Virus record (IMG/VR): IMGVR_UViG_3300031784_000007
Source of the DNA: a virus
Lineage: Duplodnaviria > Heunggongvirae > Uroviricota > Caudoviricetes
Length of the DNA: 28,969 bases
Direction: 5' to 3' (one strand)
Position 1 is the first letter of the stretch. Each line of letters begins with the position of its first letter. The notes beneath the pieces are model-generated. The model searched no databases, had not been told where the DNA came from, and was given only the letters and a program-made list of their open reading frames with translations. Of the stretch, positions 17,509 through 25,216 are shown piece by piece. The position numbers were made by a program, and so were the translations under genes.

Positions 17509-18432
17509 TGCAAACGTTTTAATTATAATTCCATAACGGTCTTTGAAGTACTCAGATACCAACGACTCAGATTTTTCTCTACTTTCAATAGAAAAGTATT
17601 TTGTTAACTCGTTAACAATGTCCTCACTTAAAAACATTTTTCCCCACGAATTTTTTTGTGCAATTATATTTTTATCTAATACTAAATCATCTTTTCTGTA
17701 TATACGAAGATAACTGTCCTCATCAGTAATATTAAAACCACCATAGGCCATCTGTACAATATCATCCATAACTTCAAACATGCTTTCCTTGTTGTCCTCC
17801 TCAGATTCATTTAATGAATCTTGATTTTGTTCTTTCCAAAATTGTCTAATTTTATCACCAACCAATTTCTTAAATATTTCCTCATACTCGGCAACATCTG
17901 ACCAATCAATATCATAAATTACCTCAGGTAATAATATCTCAATTACATAATCAACATAATCGTTTTCAGGATATTCTTGAGCTTCTTCACCAATATCGGT
18001 ATTGTTTAACATCTCATACAAGACATCAGATATTTCTGACAACCTTCTTCTAACTGAATTAGGTATGATTTGTTCAAACTGAGATTCGGTAATAATAATT
18101 TTTCTTACTGACTCAGTTCTTAATTTTTTACCACATTTTTTATTATAGTGATTAGCAAGGTAATTACCAAATAAATCAACCATGTGATAATAAAAACTAT
18201 CTCTATCTTTGGAAGATACATCTATATCTTCAAGATAACCGTATGTCATCATATCACAGGCTTCTGCAACAAAATCACCAGCGTTATCAAATTCACATGG
18301 TATCATATGATATTCAATAATGATATCCATTTCTTCTTTCATAACATCCATAGACATTCTTCTACGAAGATATGTGGAGATGGTCTCCAATAAAAATGTT
18401 TGATGTTGTGATTCGGTGATAATGATGTTCAT
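17497..18432 (-). CDS. Three-module protein: two leader-plus-acidic-helical units and a C-terminal module
   Basis: IIITESQ occurs at the N-terminus and again internally (LRTESVRKIIITESQ), each followed by RRR and an acidic module. SLNES precedes a third module related to 27542..27901. Confidence 0.8.
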   Translation of the reverse strand: MNIIITESQHQTFLLETISTYLRRRMSMDVMKEEMDIIIEYHMIPCEFDNAGDFVAEACDMMTYGYLEDIDVSSKDRDSFYYHMVDLFGNYLANHYNKKCGKKLRTESVRKIIITESQFEQIIPNSVRRRLSEISDVLYEMLNNTDIGEEAQEYPENDYVDYVIEILLPEVIYDIDWSDVAEYEEIFKKLVGDKIRQFWKEQNQDSLNESEEDNKESMFEVMDDIVQMAYGGFNITDEDSYLRIYRKDDLVLDKNIIAQKNSWGKMFLSEDIVNELTKYFSIESREKSESLVSEYFKDRYGIIIKTFALNW

Positions 18433-19025
18433 TATTTAATTTTCAACATTTCAACAATAGGTTTACCGTATTTTAAAATAATCCTTTTGCTATTTATTTG
18501 TGAGGTTTCAAAAGATTCCATAACAAAAGGACGATTGCCAACCTTTGTCATAAACTGATATTGGTTTCCAAACTTTAAGGTACCAAAAGTTTCTTTTTCT
18601 CCATAACCAGGAAAATCACTATTGTTTGTTCCAACCAAATAAGAATTCTTTCCGCCTCTTTCCAAAATGGCAACAGAGTCCTGACAATACATTTCACCCA
18701 ATTTAATAATGGTTGAAATAAAGTTAGAATCATCCTTAGTGTTAACAACAAACCAAGAATCTTCCTTAACCTCAACAGAATTATCCTGTAGATAATTTTC
18801 AATATAGGTACCTTTTACTTTTGTAATATCATACCCCATCAACATTAACGCTGATGCCAATTCACGATTACGTTCTTTATTTTGAAATGTATTTACCTTC
18901 TCGTCTGAATCATCACCATTCAAACAATTTATCATCTGAGCTCTAAAGGCTGTAACAATGGCACAATCATGATTTAGAATATGAGCGTAAACTCGTGATA
19001 AACTCTTTTCATTAATTTGTTCCAT
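18432..19025 (-). CDS. Conserved-looking phage protein, DUF3293-like
   Basis: AIVTAFR...NKERNRELASAL...G...VKG.Y.E...E.S.FV...LGEMYCQDSV resembles the DUF3293-type pattern. Start set at MEQINE because the ATG at 19031 overlaps the TATTTAT motif. Confidence 0.5.
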   Translation of the reverse strand: MEQINEKSLSRVYAHILNHDCAIVTAFRAQMINCLNGDDSDEKVNTFQNKERNRELASALMLMGYDITKVKGTYIENYLQDNSVEVKEDSWFVVNTKDDSNFISTIIKLGEMYCQDSVAILERGGKNSYLVGTNNSDFPGYGEKETFGTLKFGNQYQFMTKVGNRPFVMESFETSQINSKRIILKYGKPIVEMLKIK

Positions 19026-19058
19026 ATCCATAAATACAAAGATAATACAATTTATTTA

Positions 19059-19090
19059 AAATAAAAAACCCCCAACATAAGAAGGGGGTT
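19059..19090 (-). terminator. Intrinsic terminator, exact 32-bp copy of 20159..20190
   Basis: AAATAAAAAACCCCCAACATAAGAAGGGGGTT; stem AACCCCC/GGGGGTT with T-tract on the minus strand. Confidence 0.85.
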
Positions 19091-19109
19091 TCATTGATTT
19101 ATAATTTGT

Positions 19110-19781
19110 TTATTTCTTTAAGTAACTACCATGTGGCGGAATTGGTGTTCCAACAGGATACGGAGCTCCTTCTTTAGCTGCGGTTATTGATGTCATACCA
19201 GATTCCACAGGAAGTGCGATACGTAATGGAACAGCTGCTTCGTTAAGTGGACCATAACATTTTGCCAATACAATACCGTTATCCAATGTATCAATGATGG
19301 TACCTGGCATTGCAAACATATTACCTTCACTTGTACTTGGTTGGTCAGTATTCACAATGAACGCTCTATTGTTAGGTGTCATATATTCCCAACCTTTAGT
19401 AGAAGGATTAAATTGTGGAACTTTGGTTGTTGTATCATAATACCAAAATAATGACCATACGGTTTTATCAGTTCCATCAGGGGTTTGGAAATTCTTTTCA
19501 ATGTTAAACTCACCCCATGTACCACTGATACCTCTCATTGCCAAGTTTGAAATTGATGGTCCGTTTAACACGGGACAAATTGCACAACCTTCGTTATACT
19601 CAACACCCTGTACAATAATTTTACGTCCTGTTGGAACCGCTCCTGATGCACCACAGAATGCGAAAGACCCCTGGTGAATCTGTAATACTTTTTCAAGTTT
19701 TGCTTCTTTTACTTCCTCAGTTTTTGTGCTACATCCAAATAACATGGTGACAGCAACAATCATTAATAATAAATTTTTCAT
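19110..19781 (-). CDS. Lipoprotein with Cys-containing domain of unknown function
   Basis: MKNLLLMIVAVTMLFG-C lipobox followed by STKTEEVKE; FAFCGASG, GCAICPV and KCYGP cysteines. Confidence 0.75.
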   Translation of the reverse strand: MKNLLLMIVAVTMLFGCSTKTEEVKEAKLEKVLQIHQGSFAFCGASGAVPTGRKIIVQGVEYNEGCAICPVLNGPSISNLAMRGISGTWGEFNIEKNFQTPDGTDKTVWSLFWYYDTTTKVPQFNPSTKGWEYMTPNNRAFIVNTDQPSTSEGNMFAMPGTIIDTLDNGIVLAKCYGPLNEAAVPLRIALPVESGMTSITAAKEGAPYPVGTPIPPHGSYLKK

Positions 19782-19839
19782 TTCTTTTTTATTTTTAAAT
19801 TTAAGTATACCAAAATGTTTGTAAATAAACCAATTTGTC

Positions 19840-20139
19840 TTATCTACAATTTTTAATTTCCGAATAGTATTTTTCGCTTAAATCAACATAAACCATATTA
19901 AGGATAACCTCAAACAATAACTCATAATCAAAATTATCAATTAAATAAAATTGTGGATGAAGTCCATCCATAATCTGATGTATCACCCTATTAACATACC
20001 TTTCACTATTATCATGATTACAAGGGTTAACGTCTTCAAGTGACTCATTATATTCACGCATGAATAACTCTTGTCTTCTTAAGAGCCATTGTTTCATTCG
20101 TAATTTATTGTGTTGGGATTCTGTTATAATAATCTTCAT
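19840..20139 (-). CDS. MKIIITESQ leader plus acidic helical module
   Basis: LLRRQ..F...Y..SL...NPC...D...Y parallels YLRRRM...IPCEFDNAGDF in 17497..18432. Confidence 0.75.
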   Translation of the reverse strand: MKIIITESQHNKLRMKQWLLRRQELFMREYNESLEDVNPCNHDNSERYVNRVIHQIMDGLHPQFYLIDNFDYELLFEVILNMVYVDLSEKYYSEIKNCR

Positions 20140-20158
20140 TAACTATAAATACAAAGTT

Positions 20159-20190
20159 AAATAAAAAACCCCCAACATAAGAAGGGGGTT
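20159..20190 (-). terminator. Intrinsic terminator, exact 32-bp copy of 19059..19090
   Basis: Same sequence 1100 bp downstream; follows the stop of the 37-aa basic ORF. Confidence 0.85.
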
Positions 20191-20195
20191 AAAGA

Positions 20196-20309
20196 TTACT
20201 TGTTAGATTCTTTTGCTTGTTTTAGAACCTCATTGTTTTGTTTAATTCTCAAAGCAAATTTCTTGCTCATTTTTCTACTTTTTGAATACGTACTCTTTGA
20301 ACTTTTCAT
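20196..20309 (-). CDS. 37-aa highly basic peptide (not in ORF track)
   Basis: MKSSKSTYSKSRKMSKKFALRIKQNNEVLKQAKESNK; TATTTAT 5 bp upstream, terminator directly downstream. Confidence 0.6.
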   Translation of the reverse strand: MKSSKSTYSKSRKMSKKFALRIKQNNEVLKQAKESNK

Positions 20310-20353
20310 AATGGATAAATATTATATTTTTGATATTTGTTCTTGTAAGTTCA

Positions 20354-21286
20354 TTATGGTTCAATTACTTCTGTATCTACAAATTGTTCTTGCCAAGATT
20401 TTATGTGTCCTTCACCTATGAAATAAATTCCACAAACAAGATTGTTTTTAATGTATTCTCTTCTTTTTTGTGTTGCAATTTCTGCCATGTTAGTCAACAA
20501 ATTTTTACCATCTTGGTATCCAAAATTATCTGTTTTTGAATCAAAATTTCCCCACATAACATCAAACCCACTTTGAATAAATTTTCTTATATTTTCAGGT
20601 GTCGGTGCACTTTGTAGTAATGCCATTATATTTTGTGTGTTGGGTGTATTTTTTATTTGTTCAATAAACCATTTTTTATCATTTTCATCAAAAGATAAAC
20701 TACCCTCCCAAAATAACTTTGACCCATCACCTAACATAATTAAATCATAAATTGAATTTATTTTCTGACCACTATTTTTTAATATGGAAAGTTGATTCAA
20801 TAAAATTTTATCTTGGTTGATTCCATCCAACGAAGCTTTGGTTTTCTCATCAACAGCATTCCCATTAGAAAAGAATGTATACATAAAATACTTTTTATCC
20901 GGGTTAGTATCTTCAAGTTTTGGTTCGTAACTTCCATGCTTCGTGATATTATTTAACCCCAATTCTTCTTTGAAGAATCTTTCAATGTTTATTAAATCAG
21001 GTCCACCTATTCCTTCATAGTAATATCCACAGTTAGTGGCAACCTGTTTTATTTCTTCAATTTCTGAAGGATTGATATCATCCTTTTTTAAATAAACTGG
21101 ATTTTTTTCATCAAAATGTGTAACTCCAATTATAAAACTATTAAATTGTTTTCCTTCTTGACCTTCTTGATATGGCTGTTTAATTACAAATCCGTGATTA
21201 GCCCCTTTTACTGCAGGTTGATTTTCATCTTCAGTAAGAAGTCCCATCATTTCTTTAATCCTATGTATGTTCTCTTGTAGGTTCAT
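20354..21286 (-). CDS. MNLQENI-leader protein with possible TraB/GumN/ChaN (Tiki-EreA superfamily)-like hydrolase domain
   Basis: IIGVTH near the domain start, YYYEG, and terminal KRREYI...GIYFIGEGHI echo the G..H / E / R....F..G.GH pattern; fold call is tentative. Confidence 0.45.
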   Translation of the reverse strand: MNLQENIHRIKEMMGLLTEDENQPAVKGANHGFVIKQPYQEGQEGKQFNSFIIGVTHFDEKNPVYLKKDDINPSEIEEIKQVATNCGYYYEGIGGPDLINIERFFKEELGLNNITKHGSYEPKLEDTNPDKKYFMYTFFSNGNAVDEKTKASLDGINQDKILLNQLSILKNSGQKINSIYDLIMLGDGSKLFWEGSLSFDENDKKWFIEQIKNTPNTQNIMALLQSAPTPENIRKFIQSGFDVMWGNFDSKTDNFGYQDGKNLLTNMAEIATQKRREYIKNNLVCGIYFIGEGHIKSWQEQFVDTEVIEP

Positions 21287-21666
21287 ATTACTATAGCTCT
21301 AATTTGTTTACTTCTTATTCCTTCAGTGGTGTGACCAGAATAAAATGACTCACCCATAATAAATATCCTTTTTCCTTTATGTTCTTCCAAGAATGATAAA
21401 ATGAATTCCATTGCCGTTAATATTGTATCTACCATTTCGTATTGAAAATCATCTTGGTCAATTAATTCTTTTCTTATTGAATTAAATTTTGAGGTCAACT
21501 GGTGTTCTATAATTCGAGACACCGTATTTGTTCTTGCTATAAACTGTTTTCCATCAATGTTACTCAAAGAAGTTTCAATTATTTCAAATTCATATGTTGT
21601 ATCTCTCCTTATTATTTTTTCAATTTGATACTCCAATATTTCGTTAAGTTCTTTTTGTAGGTTCAT
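21283..21666 (-). CDS. Hypothetical protein with MNLQKELNEILE leader
   Basis: 127-aa ORF, 4-bp overlap with the downstream gene. Confidence 0.75.
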   Translation of the reverse strand: MNLQKELNEILEYQIEKIIRRDTTYEFEIIETSLSNIDGKQFIARTNTVSRIIEHQLTSKFNSIRKELIDQDDFQYEMVDTILTAMEFILSFLEEHKGKRIFIMGESFYSGHTTEGIRSKQIRAIVI

Positions 21667-21670
21667 ATTT

Positions 21671-22108
21671 TTATAATAAGTTGTATATATTTCTTAATTC
21701 ACCTGTAATTTCAAAAGGTTGGGTATCTTCCCAATCTTCAATCTTATTACTCATGAATGGTTTCCCACCTTCAGGGTTTACTGCTAATGTTACATGTGGT
21801 ATTTTGTTCTGAGATGGAAAGCCTTCAACCCTAACCGCAATTGCCATGTCACTCTTACCTAATTGGGTAACCACAAGTGTTTGAACACTACCTAATAAAT
21901 TTTCATCTTCGATTCCCCTACCCATGGCTATTGTCATGTGGTGCGCATATTTTTTCCATCCATCAGGAATTTCACCTCTGAATCTATCTAATAATAGTTC
22001 ACTTGATTCATGGTCTAAGACGACTGCAGAATAACTTATTGTTTTTTTTTCTTCATTAAGAAGTCCCATCATTGATTTAATTCTTGATATGTTTTCTTGT
22101 AGGTTCAT
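21671..22108 (-). CDS. 2H phosphoesterase (tRNA-ligase CPDase-like) with MNLQENI leader
   Basis: Two H-x-T-hydrophobic motifs, HHMTI and PHVTL, 54 aa apart, plus GGKPFMSN. Confidence 0.8.
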   Translation of the reverse strand: MNLQENISRIKSMMGLLNEEKKTISYSAVVLDHESSELLLDRFRGEIPDGWKKYAHHMTIAMGRGIEDENLLGSVQTLVVTQLGKSDMAIAVRVEGFPSQNKIPHVTLAVNPEGGKPFMSNKIEDWEDTQPFEITGELRNIYNLL

Positions 22109-22467
22109 ATTGTATAATAATCTATTTCTCCACCTTTCATTTCTATTGAGTCAATTACTTGTTGGTATTTTTCTTCATCCCAATTACTTTGTGTATATTG
22201 AACATATGGAATACATTCAATAAATGGTCGGTTGATGGCTTCTTTTCTCCACGGATTGAGTTTTAATTGTTCATCTGTAAGGTTGAGAAGTGTTATTACA
22301 CTACAATCACCCTCCCAATTTGGTTTTGTGACTCCTCCTTGTCCGTCACCTGGTTCTGTGACAAATATAATTCCATCATCCACAAGTTTTTGTATATCAA
22401 ATGTTAAACGAGAATCATCCATTCCCATCATTTCTCTAATCCTTAATATGTTTTCATGAAGGTTCAT
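22105..22467 (-). CDS. Hypothetical protein with MNLHENILRIREMMG leader
   Basis: Start moved to 22467; the track start reads through TATTTAT. Confidence 0.75.
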   Translation of the reverse strand: MNLHENILRIREMMGMDDSRLTFDIQKLVDDGIIFVTEPGDGQGGVTKPNWEGDCSVITLLNLTDEQLKLNPWRKEAINRPFIECIPYVQYTQSNWDEEKYQQVIDSIEMKGGEIDYYTI

Positions 22468-22481
22468 AATGGATAAATATA

Positions 22482-22709
22482 TCAATCCATATTTTCCATT
22501 TCTCTATTTGTTCGTTCCATTTCCTCAGGTGTTACTTCATTTAGTAATTCTTCTATCAAAGGTGATGTATACTCACGTGCTTTATTGTTGGTCATTCTTT
22601 TTTCTTCTAACCAATTGGTTAAACTATGACTTGTTTCATTACTTAATGATTCATCAAGTTTTTGTTCAAGTTTATTCAGGTCTAAACCATTTTGATTATT
22701 GTTGCTCAT
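22482..22709 (-). CDS. Small hypothetical protein
   Basis: 75-aa ORF in an overlapping operon. Confidence 0.65.
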   Translation of the reverse strand: MSNNNQNGLDLNKLEQKLDESLSNETSHSLTNWLEEKRMTNNKAREYTSPLIEELLNEVTPEEMERTNREMENMD

Positions 22710-23028
22710 CTTTCATTTCGTTGTAGTTTTCCATTTCCCATTCCTCTTCCATTTTATTGTAGTCAATTATAGATTGCTCATGGTTATATTCGTAGGTTTG
22801 TTTGTAATGCTGATGGGCTTTATTCATTGCCTCTCTTATTGTTTCCTCACTATACTTTCCTTCCCACTTTTCTGCAATTTCTTTAATCATTTTTTCTTTC
22901 TGTAGTTCTTCATTTACATATCGACCGGTAACCACATCAAAATTATATAGTACTATTATGGCTTGTCTGATTTCCTCTTTTAACATTTTTTCAATGTCAC
23001 CGGATTTAATGATTCTATCGTTGCTCAT
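22696..23028 (-). CDS. Hypothetical helical protein
   Basis: 110-aa ORF overlapping both neighbours. Confidence 0.7.
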   Translation of the reverse strand: MSNDRIIKSGDIEKMLKEEIRQAIIVLYNFDVVTGRYVNEELQKEKMIKEIAEKWEGKYSEETIREAMNKAHQHYKQTYEYNHEQSIIDYNKMEEEWEMENYNEMKDEQQ

Positions 23029-23413
23029 TTGCTATTTCAATTAGTTTTTTAAGACAAGCAAGTTCCGCTTCCTCGTAGGACTCAATTAGTATATCAAAAA
23101 TATAATCACCACCCCTTATTGCAATATCTTTAACATCGGTAATGTACCATAAATATTTTTTCGGTAAATCAATTCTAAAACTAATCCAACTTACTAATCC
23201 ACGTTTATCTCTAAACCATCTAAACGCTTGTGAGAATGTTGGTGCGTTTATCCATCCGGGTCTTAACCATGTCTGGTCAGTTGTCAGAACCATTCTAATT
23301 TCGTGTTTTGGTTCCGGTGACCAACTCTCTTCCCAATTGCAAAAACACTTTTCATCAAATCCAAGTTCTTTAAGTGCCAATGCTTCTTCGTAGGGGATAA
23401 AGTCTTTTTCCAT
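23015..23413 (-). CDS. EKxFxPYEEAL family phage protein, copy 2
   Basis: Start moved to MEKDFIPYEE; shares PYEEAL.LK.LGFDE, PTFSQAFRWFR and SYEEAELACLK with the upstream gene. Confidence 0.8.
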   Translation of the reverse strand: MEKDFIPYEEALALKELGFDEKCFCNWEESWSPEPKHEIRMVLTTDQTWLRPGWINAPTFSQAFRWFRDKRGLVSWISFRIDLPKKYLWYITDVKDIAIRGGDYIFDILIESYEEAELACLKKLIEIANEQR

Positions 23414-23414
23414 A

Positions 23415-23825
23415 TTATTTGTTTTTAGAGATTTCAATTAATTGTTTAAGACAAGCAAGTTCGGATTCATCATAAGATTTTAATCCTTCTTCTTTATGAT
23501 ATGTTTGAGTACTGTAGTTAGCGATATACTCTCCCGTTTTAGAATCAAGTGTTTTAGAAGTAGAGAGTTGCATTACTATTTGAAAACTATCACATAAAAT
23601 TAATGCGGTGTACCAATACTTATACCTAAACCAACGGAAGGCTTGGGAGAATGTTGGTCTTGAAACTATATACCCACTTGTATTATAGTTTTTATAATCA
23701 AATGCATTTACACCATGTGTCGCAACCATTTCTAACTTATCATAACAGGTATTACAAGGTTCATCAAAACCAAGTTTTTTAAGCACCAATGCTTCTTCGT
23801 AGGGGACAAATTCTTTTTCTAACAT
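23415..23825 (-). CDS. EKxFxPYEEAL family phage protein, copy 1
   Basis: Tandem paralog; TATCTTTG at 23833..23840 (minus). Confidence 0.8.
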   Translation of the reverse strand: MLEKEFVPYEEALVLKKLGFDEPCNTCYDKLEMVATHGVNAFDYKNYNTSGYIVSRPTFSQAFRWFRYKYWYTALILCDSFQIVMQLSTSKTLDSKTGEYIANYSTQTYHKEEGLKSYDESELACLKQLIEISKNK

Positions 23826-23997
23826 AACGATACAAAGATAAAATAAATAAATGAAACAAACAACCTTTTTTTGGGATGGACATAATATGACCCATTAAAT
23901 AAGAACCCATATAACGGACGAAGTCCGTCGGACGGAAAAATTTCCGGCATCAGAAAGAAAAGGGGGTAGGGGGATTTTGGACGGTTTCCGGCATCAT

Positions 23998-24180
23998 TCA
24001 ATCTTCCTTATCCATTAATGTATAATAATCAATAAGACAATACCCAACATACAAAATTACCGTTATATACCACCACAAATCACCAATAAATGGGTCCGCC
24101 TTTTTTAATATAGTATTCAAAGCTACGATAATCATCGCACCAATGCACAACTTAAGAACATATTTTATATAATTCCACAT
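23998..24180 (-). CDS. 60-aa two-helix membrane protein
   Basis: Two hydrophobic segments separated by KKADPF. Confidence 0.65.
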   Translation of the reverse strand: MWNYIKYVLKLCIGAMIIVALNTILKKADPFIGDLWWYITVILYVGYCLIDYYTLMDKED

Positions 24181-24183
24181 AAC

Positions 24184-24393
24184 TTATTCATTTTCCAAAT
24201 ATTTCCAATGTGTAGGTTCTGGCCATTTTGGCATACCCTCCACCAATTTTACACTCCAAGTTCCACTTTCTAATAACCAACCCTCGCTAACCCAATCATC
24301 ACATACTGCTGCACCAGTCCTTAACAATCCATAAGATAATTTCACCTTAGTTTTTGGTGGGGGTAACTCCTGTTCAACATCTATCCAATCCAT
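24184..24393 (-). CDS. DUF551-like phage protein
   Basis: MDWIDVEQELP...PTHWKYL matches the W.S...LP...THWMPL family pattern. Confidence 0.7.
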   Translation of the reverse strand: MDWIDVEQELPPPKTKVKLSYGLLRTGAAVCDDWVSEGWLLESGTWSVKLVEGMPKWPEPTHWKYLENE

Positions 24394-24395
24394 AG

Positions 24396-24689
24396 TTATT
24401 TCTTTACTGATTTATGAAATCTTAGAAATGTGAGTTCAGTGCTTTCATCAAATGATTTTCCCAATTCTTCTTTTAAGTTTTTCAAATCTTCATATTGACC
24501 AAGAGCAACTCTACTAACGAAGAATGGAGTTGACATAAGAACCTCAATGTTCATATTACGCATATTTTCAAACGCAGTTGCTTCGTCATATTCAGATTTT
24601 GTTTGGTACCACAACTCCTGATAGATTTCAATTCGTTGTGATTCGGTCTTGCTGTATTTCCTTAACAGGAATAAAAATAGTCTTTTCAT
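24396..24689 (-). CDS. 97-aa hypothetical protein
   Basis: Start moved to MKRLFLFLLRKYSK; the track's 5' extension is translation of the tRNA-like element. Confidence 0.7.
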   Translation of the reverse strand: MKRLFLFLLRKYSKTESQRIEIYQELWYQTKSEYDEATAFENMRNMNIEVLMSTPFFVSRVALGQYEDLKNLKEELGKSFDESTELTFLRFHKSVKK

Positions 24690-24702
24690 ATTATTTTTTT
24701 TG

Positions 24703-24808
24703 TAGTCAGGACAGGATTCGAACCTGTATACGTGGATATGGTATCTACGGTGGATTACCCGCCTCACCTCACCACTTATCCTTGCGTCTACCATTCCGCC
24801 ACCTAACT
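24703..24808 (-). ncRNA. tRNA-like element 1 (106 nt; Leu-type acceptor, D and T arms; no canonical anticodon arm)
   Basis: AGTTAGG/CCTGACT acceptor with one G-U, GCG-GAATGGTAGA-CGC D arm, ACAGG-TTCGAAT-CCTGT T arm, discriminator A. The 56-nt middle folds as a long imperfect hairpin (GGATA/TATCC, TGGT/ACCA, GGTG/CACC). Confidence 0.75.
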
Positions 24809-24814
24809 ATTTCT

Positions 24815-24901
24815 TTAATTTTTAAAGTATGATTTAATTTTCAACCATACTATTTCAGGACAATTGTATAACCACCAAAAAAACCAATATATCTTTTTCA
24901 T
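24815..24901 (-). CDS. 28-aa aromatic micro-protein between tRNA-like elements (not in ORF track)
   Basis: MKKIYWFFWWLYNCPEIVWLKIKSYFKN; A-rich leader; fills the inter-element gap. Confidence 0.55.
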   Translation of the reverse strand: MKKIYWFFWWLYNCPEIVWLKIKSYFKN

Positions 24902-24921
24902 ATCTTTTATTTTGTTTTTTG

Positions 24922-25052
24922 TAGTCAGGACAGGATTCGAACCTGTATGTCAACCTCTACGACAGAGCTGTTCTTATTAACCGTGGCCAGCGGGTTTATT
25001 ACAGTTGTAGTTGACTATCTATGTAGCGTCTAACCAATTCCGCCACCTGACT
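24922..25052 (-). ncRNA. tRNA-like element 2 (131 nt)
   Basis: AGTCAGG/CCTGACT acceptor, GCG-GAATTGGTTAGA-CGC D arm, same T arm. 79-nt middle closed by GTCAAC/GTTGAC with inner CTGT/ACAG and CCG/CGG pairs. Confidence 0.75.
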
Positions 25053-25200
25053 ATATTTCTTTTGATTTTAAGTAATCTTTAACAACCTTTTCTACTGTTG
25101 GGTCTAATTCATCACCAGAATCACATATTTCTAAATGACCATAACCATCAACATGTACTTCTTTAACATACTTGAGAAAATCTATCAATTCTTTTTCCAT
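25051..25200 (-). CDS. 49-aa micro-protein (not in ORF track)
   Basis: MEKELIDFLKYVKEVHVDGYGHLEICDSGDELDPTVEKVVKDYLKSKEI; its TAG stop overlaps the 5' end of element 2. Confidence 0.65.
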   Translation of the reverse strand: MEKELIDFLKYVKEVHVDGYGHLEICDSGDELDPTVEKVVKDYLKSKEI

Positions 25201-25216
25201 CTTATTTTAATTTTAG

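Noticed and set aside
23819-24001. 60-aa minus-strand ORF, and a hammerhead ribozyme reading of the same region
   Set aside because: The ORF runs through the GC-rich palindromes and the next promoter. CTGATGCC lacks the required CUGANGA core.
24690-24832. N-terminal extension of ORF 24396..24794 and plus-strand ORF 24578..24832
   Set aside because: Both are translations of the tRNA-like element or antisense overlap; the ATG at 24689 has the A-rich context seen for other starts.
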